DNA of 9,981 nt, taken from NCBI RefSeq assembly GCF_006345805.1, contig NW_021827734.1, positions 1-9,981 of the forward strand, given 5' to 3'. Both the position numbers and the translations under genes were made by a program. Below the pieces are notes generated by a model that was given only the letters and a program-made list of their open reading frames with translations, searched no databases and was not told the origin of the DNA. Shown one piece after another: positions 1 through 8,217 of this stretch; the stretch's first letter is position 1, and each line of letters opens with the position of its first letter. This DNA comes from Octopus sinensis (Eukaryota).

Positions 1-39
1 TGTCCCATGTCAAATTTTCTCTGCTCAGACTGTCCTATA

Positions 40-129
40 CGGGAATCCCCAACTTTCACAGATGTTACGTTCCAAAACCCACCGCGATCGGTGAAAATCC
101 ACGAAGTAGAAACAGTACTGTACTGTACT
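40..129 (+). mobile_element. Probable terminal fragment of a Tigger/pogo-like (Tc1-mariner superfamily) DNA transposon or MITE
   Basis: TA (38-39) is followed by CGGGAATCCCC...GTTACGTTCCAAAACCCACCGCGATCGGTGAAAATCCACGAAGTAG, which resembles Tigger/pogo terminal sequences as I recall them. CAGTACTGTACTGTAC follows. No partner end is seen in the window. Confidence 0.45.
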
Positions 130-131
130 TC

Positions 132-240
132 CTTCTGTGGAAGAGCGTAGGCTCGAAACGTTAAAGACATTTTCAATTCCCGAGCGTTATACTAATACAT
201 CTGTTTGCTTTCTACACCACCTGTCTTCGCCTTTTGTTTT
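132..240 (+). mobile_element. Probable Penelope-like element terminal-repeat fragment carrying a minimal hammerhead-like motif
   Basis: CTGTGGA-A-GAGC-gtag-GCTC-GAAACGTTA (135-163) has the CUGANGA / stem II / GAAAC layout typical of Penelope-like element ends. The downstream sequence resembles an abundant octopus repeat (recollection). Confidence 0.5.
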
Positions 241-345
241 AGATGTTTTTGCTCAATAAACACTCACAACGCCCGGTCTGGGAATCGAAACTGTGATCCT
301 ACAACCGCGAGTCTGCTGCCTTAACCACTGGGCCATTGCGCCTCC
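237..345 (-). mobile_element. tRNA-derived SINE, 5' head only (3'-truncated)
   Basis: Minus strand reads GGAGGCGCAATGGCCCAGTGGTTAAGGCAGCAGACTCGCGG...GTTTCGATTCCCAGACCGGGCGTTGTGAGTGTTTATTGAGC. Pol III box A TGGCCCAGTGG is at 335-325 and box B GTTTCGATTCC at 291-281. The downstream sequence resembles the SINE at 9529-9694. Confidence 0.85.
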
Positions 346-347
346 GA

Positions 348-386
348 CACATATACATATATATATATATGTATGCGTGTGTGTGT

Positions 387-422
<36 letters not shown>
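348..422. repeat. (TA)n/(TG)n microsatellite
   Basis: Directly visible dinucleotide runs. Confidence 0.97.
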
Positions 423-426
<4 letters not shown>

Positions 427-505
427 GTTGGGATGGCATATTACATGAAGCATAAAACATCAGTCTTCAGCATTTTGTTGGATTCCGCACTTCGTAGCGC
501 CGAAC

Positions 506-735
506 ATGTGTGTGTGTGTGTGTGCGTATGTGTGTCGATGTGTATGTGTTTGTGTGTGTGTGTGTATGTCGATGTGTATGTATTTGTGTGTGTGTGTGTG
601 TGCGTGCGTATGTGTGTCGATGTGTATGTGTTTGTGTGTGTGTCGATGTATATGTATTTGTGTGTGTGTGTGTGTCGATGTGTGTGTGTTTGTGTGTGTA
701 CGTGTGTGTGTTTGGGTGTCTGTGTGTGAGAGTGA
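506..735. repeat. (TG)n-based compound repeat with five GTCGATG-containing units
   Basis: GTCGATG at 534, 568, 616, 642 and 674, each followed by a TGTATGT(G/A)TTT-like motif and a (TG)n run. Confidence 0.95.
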
Positions 736-844
736 GTTTGTCTGGGACTGGCATATTACACGAGACATAAAACATCATTTGTAGAGGGCCCCAATGACGA
801 TCCTCAAGTTGTGTTCCACATCTCCTTGCGCCGACCCTGTACAA

Positions 845-1017
845 ACATATATGTGTATGTGTGTGTGTACGTGTCTGTGTATGTGTATGTGTGTATGTTT
901 GTGTGTGTATGTGTATGTGCAAATACATATAGACACACGCGTACACACATACATTCATACATACAAGTATATATTACGTGTGTGCGTATAGGTATGTACC
1001 ACATACCTATATATGTA
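845..1017. repeat. Degenerate (TG)/(TA)/(CA) compound microsatellite
   Basis: Alternating purine-pyrimidine tract, directly visible. Confidence 0.9.
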
Positions 1018-1324
1018 TTTCATGCCTTGACACAGTGGCCCGAGTTCCCTGATACGAAAGCGTTAAATTCTTACGATATGCAAATTAGCAGATCCAGGCA
1101 TCGGAAGATACTAGGTTTGGAGTGTATATCCAGGGATTGGCTACTTATTTGTCTGGGATTAGTCGAGTGATGACACTTCTGATGGGAATCCAATAATGGC
1201 CGACAGGTGATTAATTCTCTTCGTCATATTTCAATCTACGAGGGAAATAGGTAAATTTGACGTAATTGCCTGTCCAGTACGTAGGTTTACATACAGATAC
1301 ATACACGTGGGGGAGTGTATGATC

Positions 1325-2540
1325 TTTTTCTTTTTTTAATTACAGAGGAAATTTTGACCGACGACCTACTTGGTAGCAACGTTGTGAAGGAAGGTATCAT
1401 GATATAACCGTCATCCTTTAAATCTTAAGAATGTCTTGCAGATTTTTATAGTCCCAGATGTCGTGATCGTAGCATATGAATTAAGGATTTGCTTTCTCTC
1501 CCCAAGATCCCAAGTTCAGCCAGACATTGCTCCAGGTAGGTTGGTTTGTATCGCGTTGCTCCAAAAATAATAAGCGTATAGCTGAAAGCGTGTCCTGGGT
1601 ACTGGATTTGAAAATTCCTTATAGATGTCCTCTTTCTCTTGTATTTTTCCAACCACATTGGTGTCCAGAGGGCAGCTGATTTCCGCAACAGAACACATTT
1701 TTTCTTTGTGGTCCCACACAACTATATCTGACCGGTTGTATTTTAAGATCCAGCAATATCCTTTGACCAATCGGTCTCAGTATGGTCGACTTTATTTGTA
1801 GGTTTCTTCATTTTCATTATCCTGTTCCAGATCGTTTTGGCCACCGCATCATACCACACGGAAAGATGGTATTAGGGAGACATTCTCTCATAGTTGGCAA
1901 TAAAGTGATTGATGTCTTCAGTCTTGGTCTTGCAAAGCCTACATTTGTTGTCTCCTGCCTTTTATGTTGTAGCTACTTGGTGGAGATTTCTTGTTCTCGA
2001 ATTGCAGGGAGGTAGCCTTCAAAGTGGGATGTCATAAACTTGTCTGTACCCCACGCCAGGCTTTTAACAAAATTCCTTCTGTGGCTAGTGTTTTACGCGA
2101 CAAGTACCCATGCACAATCAGTTCTGTGAACTGGTCCATTTTTTTATGTTGTTCTGATAAATAGAATTTACCAGTGTTCCTTGAGAAGAGATCTGTATCA
2201 GCTCTCATTTCATATATCGCCTCAAAGTTCATTAGCTATCCTAATTATGCTGTAGGTTTTCGAGGTCACAAACTTGAACAAGATAGTTACCGGTATCTTT
2301 CCTCTACTACAGATATTGTTTCAGTATCACAATTCGTACTTCATATGGCATCAGTGCAGATTTGAGACTGAAAGCATGGCCTGTCTACATCTCCATTGAT
2401 GTTGCAGTTTCCTGCATATTCTCGGTATTTATTTCTGGTTTTCTTTTTATTTGTGGGTCCATCATCAAGATGACATTCTCATCTTGGCCGCGATACCTAT
2501 AATTGTCACTAGGCTGTAGAGATCTTCAAATATTCGTTTC
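1325..2540 (-). mobile_element. Degenerate 5'-truncated non-LTR retrotransposon with restriction-like endonuclease (R4/Dong-like clade)
   Basis: Manual minus-strand translation across frameshifts gives: YRYRGQDENV (late RT YKYLG-type motif, ~2500-2470), KKTR...NINGDVDR, LKSALMPYEVRIV, HGY, MTSHFEGYLPAIREQEIST, CRLCKTKTEDINHFIANY (C-x2-C-x8-H-x4-C knuckle with last C>Y, ~1945-1890), WYDAVAKTIW (decayed RHD motif), YNRSDIVVWDHKEKMCSVAEISCPLDTNVVGKIQEKEDIY (PD..E..P..K..KY nuclease motif), IIFGAT, and SGTIKICKTFLRFKG* (stop at 1413-1411). A short 3' UTR and an A-rich tail (1337-1325) follow. Confidence 0.92.
1411..2530 (-). pseudogene. Disrupted RT / zinc knuckle / RLE endonuclease ORF remnant of the retrotransposon
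   Basis: ORF-track entries 1446-1721, 1516-1770 and 2032-2232 are pieces of one former frame broken by several stops, frameshifts and internal deletions. Confidence 0.9.
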
Positions 2541-3119
2541 AGATCTCGTTTACTGCCTCTAATTCTAATTTTCCGGGTTCCTTACTGATACTTGTATAGT
2601 ATGGGCTGTAATTCAAATTAAGGTTATGGACCTATTGAAACATCATCTCAGGTCACTTGTAAGGCGTCCACAAGTTTTTAGTGTTCTATTTGTACAGCGT
2701 AGCTATGGATCTCAGCTAAATTAATAGTATATTGCTTGCTAATAGATTAAGCCTACCGTTTGGTCTGTCCATTAGTGTAGGTGGGATGAATTTCAGCAAA
2801 ACGTTTGGTGCATTTCCGACTAGATTTCAGCTAATCTAACCTTTGCCGAACATTGTAAATTTACGTAGTATAAACCATCTTTTAACTTATATAATTACAC
2901 TCCTTTTTTCAAAATAGATAAATTTTATTTGTGAAGCTTTCGATCTGTGTCGACATGCAGATAGTATAAAATATTAATTCGCTCTTCTCGGGATATCAAA
3001 AACAAAACAAGGTACCACTGTTTTGCACATCAAAGCTCATAACTTACACCGTAATCTTTGACCAATACAACGAAATTCAGTTGATATAAGCGTGAAACCA
3101 TACAACAGACTCCATGAGT

Positions 3120-3190
3120 CTATATATGTATATGCATGAGTAGGTGTGTGGGCTTGAGTGTTAGTGCATGTGAGTGTGTATCAGAGAGAG
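3120..3190. repeat. Degenerate TA/TG/GA microsatellite
   Basis: Directly visible low-complexity dinucleotide tract. Confidence 0.7.
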
Positions 3191-3357
3191 GTAGAAATTA
3201 TTGCTTTAGTCAGTATATGAAAACAATATATTGCTTTATATATTTTGTAGAAGTCATTTCTCTTCTAATCTACGAGGACTCAGCCATTTAGGATTTAAAA
3301 ACGGATAACTGCTTGGATCCATCTCAACACACATTATGTGAGGATGATTGAAAGGCT

Positions 3358-3582
3358 TTATTCTGTTATTCTTTTATTTGTTTCAGTCGTTTGATTGAGG
3401 CCATGCTGGAGCACTGCCTTTAATCGAACGAATAGACTCCAGGACTTATATTTTGTAAGTACTATACTGCCGGTCTCTTTTGCCGAAGCGCTAAGTTACT
3501 GGGACCAAACACACCAACATCGCCAGCAAGTGATGATGGGGGACAAAAAAGATGCACAGACATATACATGCATACATACATA

Positions 3583-3626
<44 letters not shown>

Positions 3627-3630
3627 ATGT

Positions 3631-3678
<48 letters not shown>

Positions 3679-3838
3679 GACGTGTTTCTTTCAGTTTCTA
3701 CCAGTCCCTTCACAAGGCTTTGGCTGGCCTGAGGCTATAGTAGAAGACATTTTTTGCCCAAGGTGCCACACAGTGGGACTGAACCCAGAGCCATGTAGTT
3801 GGGAAGGAAGCTTCTTACTATACAGCCACGCCTACGCC
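3358..3838 (-). mobile_element. Near full-length tRNA-derived SINE with internal microsatellite (octopus-type), copy 1
   Basis: Minus-strand head GGCGTAGGCGTGGCTGTATAGTAAGAAGC; box B GGTTCAGTCCC (3785-3775); internal (TA)/(TACA) tract at ~3556-3678; 3' part ...GTGCTCCAGCATGGCC...GACTGAAACAAATAAAAGAATAA. Colinear with 5746-6220. Confidence 0.93.
3556..3678. repeat. (TACA)/(TA)n microsatellite inside SINE copy 1
   Basis: Directly visible. Confidence 0.95.
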
Positions 3839-4196
3839 TTCCCACACACTAAATTTAGTTACAACTAATAAATTACATCAATTAAATACACTTTTAGAAT
3901 TACCTTAAGAGATTCGAGAAAAAAACAACAGAAATTTGCCCCTATTTTGAAACCAAAACATTTCTCAATCAATTTACCTATCTGGATTACGAATCAAACG
4001 GATTTGAAGCTCTGATGAAGTTATAGAGCGATACACCGGCACTCATCTATGAGTGCATTGCATCTTATTGCAGAAACAACTGTAAGCTAGTGAAGTTCAG
4101 GATGATTTCTTATATCTTTGTCATTTTAATTTTTTCTTACTCCAGTGTCACTTTATCCTGAAGCATATGAATTCCAGCACCAGTTCCGCTAAACAA

Positions 4197-4229
4197 AATA
4201 ATATAATATAATATAATATAATATAATAT
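4197..4229. repeat. (AATAT)n pentanucleotide repeat
   Basis: ataatataatataatataat... Confidence 0.85.
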
Positions 4230-4344
4230 TACATGATACACACATATTCATATATGCACGAACATTCATATTCTCAGAGTATTTCTCGATTTTGAAAGAA
4301 TGTACAACACATACACACAAACCACAATCACCCACACTCCTATG

Positions 4345-4434
4345 TATGTGTGTGTGTGCGTGTATACATACATAAATGCGTACGTACGTACATACATACA
4401 TACATACATACATACATACATACATACATACATA
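4345..4434. repeat. (TG)n / (TACG) / (TACA)n compound microsatellite
   Basis: Perfect TACA run at about 4389-4434. Confidence 0.95.
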
Positions 4435-4476
4435 AATTCTGTGCTTCAAAGGTATTTCAGTTGTTCAGTTATGGAA

Positions 4477-4588
4477 TATATATATATATATATATATATA
4501 TTATGTATGTTAATATATATATAATATATATGCATGTATGTATTATATATATATATATATATGCATGTATGTATAATGCCCTCTATAT

Positions 4589-4629
<41 letters not shown>

Positions 4630-4641
4630 CTATATAATATA
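4477..4641. repeat. Interrupted (TA)n microsatellite
   Basis: Directly visible. Confidence 0.95.
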
Positions 4642-4808
4642 CTTTGTTATATATAGTAGAAGACTGTGTGTTGTGTGAATAAATAAATTTGTGCGTGTAA
4701 AGCCGATCGGATGAGCTACTTTATATTACTTCCTTTCTCAATATGGAGATATCCTCACGGTGTGACTAAAGATAAAGAAAGATTACAAATATTCCATTAT
4801 ATTACCTG

Positions 4809-4900
4809 TAATAATAATAGCAAGAAGAAGAAGAAGAAAACAACAACAATATCAACAACAACCACAGCAACAACAATAAGTAAAAATAATAAGAAAAAAA
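4809..4900. repeat. (AAT)/(AAG)/(AAC) trinucleotide compound repeat
   Basis: Directly visible. Confidence 0.9.
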
Positions 4901-5051
4901 GATGAAAATAGCGTATTTACCTAACAAAGGAAACATGACGAGCGAACTCGCAAGTCACGATTTATGTTTTTGACATTTGAAGTATATTTTACCATAAACT
5001 CATTGTTGGATTATTTATCTAACTTTACTGTTGGCCTTGCCTATTTCTTAC

Positions 5052-5072
5052 CCATTTTTTATGATAAACTCA
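5052..5072 (-). other. Candidate 21-nt exon (splice-site prediction only)
   Basis: Minus strand: ttgttgctctcttccacAG|TGAGTTTATCATAAAAAATGG|GTaaga. It has a pyrimidine tract with a CAG acceptor and a good donor, and its length is a multiple of 3. There is no transcript or homology support. Confidence 0.3.
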
Positions 5073-5336
5073 CTGTGGAAGAGAGCAACAATGCGTAGAG
5101 ATTTTAAATGTGCCTTAGTGTTCGCTCTCACCGAGGTTCTACTCTGTATTCACGAGTTATTCGAAAGAGTCAAACGTAATGAGTTAGATACATGGGACGT
5201 TTCTACATTAGAATTTTTGTGTCTTTTGTTGTTTCATGTATCCAGCCACCTCCTTTTCTCACTTCGGTGTCAGCTTTGTATAAATTTGACTTGGGGCGTA
5301 GGAAGACAAATATAGAATTAAAGCAAAGCACCACAA

Positions 5337-5494
5337 TTTCTTTCTCTTTTTTTTTATTTGCTTTTTTTTTGGTTTTTATTTATTTATTTTCTTTGTTTTC
5401 TGTGATGGGAAAATCAAATACAAAGAAATACAAAGCAAAAATAAAAAAAAGAAATACTAAATTAAATACAAAAGAAAAAAAGAAAAAAAATTAA
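5337..5494. repeat. T-rich tract followed by A-rich tract (low complexity, imperfect inverted repeat)
   Basis: T-rich 5337-5400 and A-rich 5409-5494. Confidence 0.8.
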
Positions 5495-5745
5495 AGCTAG
5501 AAATTCGGAAGTCATTTGAAAACCACTAAAATATTTTAATCATTTATTTTTTATTCTTAATATGAAATTAATTATACTTCGAATAATATCTTTAAATTAA
5601 CTCATAATTAATTAAAAACTTCTCAGCCAAGGCAGGCAGAAGCAAGAAGGTTTCTATGACGTTGTTTAACGTGTTAACGGAAACATTATATGACTAAGTA
5701 AACCAAGAAGAATTAGTGTATCAAATTAAAAAAAAGGCAAACTTG

Positions 5746-5943
5746 GGTGCAGGCGTGGCTGTGTGGTAAGAAGCTTGCTTCCCAACCACATGGTTCCAAG
5801 TTCAGTCCCGCTGGGTGGTATCTTGGCAAGTGTCTTCTACTATAGTATTTGTGAGTGGACTTAGTAGATGGAAAGTGAAAGAATACCATCACACGCGCAA
5901 ACAACACACACACACCACATACATATATATATATATATAATAT

Positions 5944-5975
<32 letters not shown>

Positions 5976-6220
5976 GAGTGTGTGTGTATGTGTGTGTGTG
6001 TGTATCTTTATGTCTCTGTTTTTCCTCACTCATCACCGCTTGCCAACCGGCATTGGTGTTTTAAGTCCCCGTAACTTAGCGGTTCGGCAATAGACACCGA
6101 TAGAATAAGTACTTAAAATAGTAAGTCTCCTAGTGTCGATTTTTCGATTAAAACCTTACAAGGTGATGCCCCAGCATGGCCGCATTCAAATGACTGAAGC
6201 AAGTAAAAGGATAAAAGAAT
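5746..6220 (+). mobile_element. Near full-length tRNA-derived SINE with internal microsatellite (octopus-type), copy 2
   Basis: Head GGTGCAGGCGTGGCTGTGTGGTAAGAAGC; box A TGGCTGTGTGG (5756-5766); box B AGTTCAGTCCC (5799-5809); internal (CA)(TA)(TG) tract at ~5892-6004; 3' end ...CCAGCATGGCCGCATTCAAATGACTGAAGCAAGTAAAAGGATAAAAGAAT. Confidence 0.95.
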
Positions 6221-6234
6221 GGACAATCAAAGCA

Positions 6235-6350
6235 ATCTGATTAAGAAATCTGCTTCGTTAACATTTGATATTTCGGTTTCGATTTAGTGTCTACCACATT
6301 GGGTGTTGATGTTTCCTTCAACAACTTTAGATAACAATGCCTTATGTGTA
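6235..6350 (+). mobile_element. Possible highly decayed SINE head related to the adjacent family
   Basis: TTAAGAAATCTGCTTC ... GGTTTCGATT ... CACATTGGG ... AATGCCTTATGTG recur in the same order as GTAAGAAGCTTGCTTC ... GGTTCAGTC ... CACCTTGGG ... AAAGCCTTGTGA in the intact copies. Confidence 0.4.
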
Positions 6351-7486
6351 ACTTATACATACTCACCACACAAACCAGAATAACCAGTCCTCTGTCGCTT
6401 CTATCAATCTCAGTAAGCATGGTCCCAAATGTTAATGCTTACATACTGATGAAAGTATCGACATCTTCTATCAGGTATGATGTGCTTAAAAGACGTATAT
6501 GCTAATATATCTACCCTATGTAAATTATATAAAACATTCTTAAATCAGCAATAAACTGATTTGAGTATAAAGGTTAGATATATACGTATCATTCTGCCTG
6601 TGATTCTTTGGTAAACATACATGACTACTTTGCTATTGTTACTGAATTGTGTGAATAAGGGAGCATCTATTTATTATTAATACATGCTATGATAACATTT
6701 TACTCTCTTAAAAAAAAAAAAATTTAAATTATGTAGTCGCATGAATACAGTATCTAATAAAAAGGGACCGTGCCAATAGTAGCTTATTTTTGCAACCCCT
6801 GAGAAGGAAGTTGAAACATATTAGTTTTACAGTCTGAATCGTAGTTATTGCTAGTTTTAAACTATTCAGTAAAGATTTGCTGAATATCATGTATGTATTC
6901 TGTATAATGAGTTTCGCTGATAGTTTAATCGGGTTTATCCAACATTTTAAGTATGAATACACACACATACACACCTAAACTGTGGCTGGAACACAGTTAT
7001 TCTTTTAAACATGATATTAAAAGCACGAATATCTTGTAATTTAATTTTTTTTAATTTATATTTATTTCCGTATTTGTGTATCGTATACTCATTGACCATT
7101 TGGAACAATGAATTTCTTAAATTCCGACTTATCAACCACTCATCACAGCCTCATCTTCACGATATAGCGAATTTTTTGGTTTCTCCATTGCTTTTTATAT
7201 TGTAAGAAGCATATATTACTACAGACGTTACCGTCCGTATTTCTGCGTTAAGCATTAGAATTCTGCGCCGACAAATTCATATTTTTAATGTGTACGTACT
7301 CTACGCAAATTGGAACACTGTGATGCGATATTATTATTGCTTCCAAAATCACTCATCATTTTCTATGTGGAAGTGTAGAACTTTTATCTTAAGTTATTTT
7401 CCTACATAGCTTTGTTTTATGGTGTATAGTATGTTCAAATTGTTACTAGCATCAAATGCACGGCGAGCCTGCAAGCCTGCCGTTTA

Positions 7487-7496
7487 TATACATACG

Positions 7497-7538
<42 letters not shown>

Positions 7539-7600
7539 ATATATATATATATATATATATATTAATTATATATATATATAATATACATATATATATATAT

Positions 7601-7636
<36 letters not shown>

Positions 7637-7713
7637 AGGCATGTATATATGTATCATATACCTATATATATGTATATATATTATATATATGTGTGTGTAA
7701 GTATGTATATATA

Positions 7714-7775
<62 letters not shown>

Positions 7776-7790
7776 GCGCACATACACACT
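7487..7790. repeat. Long (TA)n tract with embedded (TAGA)n
   Basis: Directly visible; TAGA run at about 7602-7634. Confidence 0.97.
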
Positions 7791-7997
7791 CAAATCCTAA
7801 GGATCTTTATTATCTGCATAATTACCCTCGGTAGCACTTCATGGTGGTATTTGGCTGACAGGATGTTCCAATCAGAAGCAACAATACTCCTTTTGCTATA
7901 TTCAATTAAAGAAACACTAACTAGTTAATTAATAATATTCATCATACTGTAAATCAAAGACAAATGCAACTACACGTTGAACCTATATCGCAGCGTA

Positions 7998-8096
7998 AAT
8001 AATAACAAAAATAATAATGATGATGATGATAATGACATTAATAATAATAATAATAATAATAAAATAATAATAATAATAATATAATAATAATAATAA
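7998..8096. repeat. (AAT)n/(GAT)n trinucleotide repeat
   Basis: Directly visible. Confidence 0.95.
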
Positions 8097-8119
8097 AGAA
8101 TTTGAATAAAGTCATTTAT

Positions 8120-8182
8120 TATGTGTATATATATATGTGTGTGTGCGTGTGTATGATATCTATCTATCTGTCTCTCTCTCAC

Positions 8183-8217
<35 letters not shown>

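Noticed and set aside
270-345. tRNA gene (also at 5746-5815 and 9529-9600)
   Set aside because: A and B boxes are present, but I cannot build a complete cloverleaf and each continues into SINE body sequence.
506-735. CRISPR-like array of repeated GTCGATG motifs
   Set aside because: The spacers are (TG)n rather than unique sequence, the context is eukaryotic, and there are no cas genes.
253-1170. Multiple overlapping ORFs rich in CV/HT/YI dipeptides
   Set aside because: They are translations of (TG)/(CA)/(TA) microsatellites, which lack stop codons in most frames, and are not Cys- or His-rich proteins.
1782-2365. Plus-strand ORFs 1782-2015 and 2174-2365
   Set aside because: They are antisense shadows of the retrotransposon remnant.
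1300-2560. Target-site duplication for the RLE retrotransposon (GATC-containing words at both ends)
   Set aside because: The match is too short and the 5' boundary too uncertain.
2560-3120. Possible upstream continuation of the retrotransposon
   Set aside because: My translation just upstream of about 2540 showed no further RT motifs, and I recognised none in the rest, so it is left unassigned.
5031-5315. 94-aa plus-strand ORF in non-repetitive sequence
   Set aside because: It starts at TTG, I recognise no domain in it, and the splice signals in this island favour the minus strand. It cannot be supported without a homology search.
6360-7480. AT-rich unique region with short ORFs (6729-6974, 6947-7135, 7011-7205)
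   Set aside because: I found no recognisable motif, repeat family or convincing exon structure.
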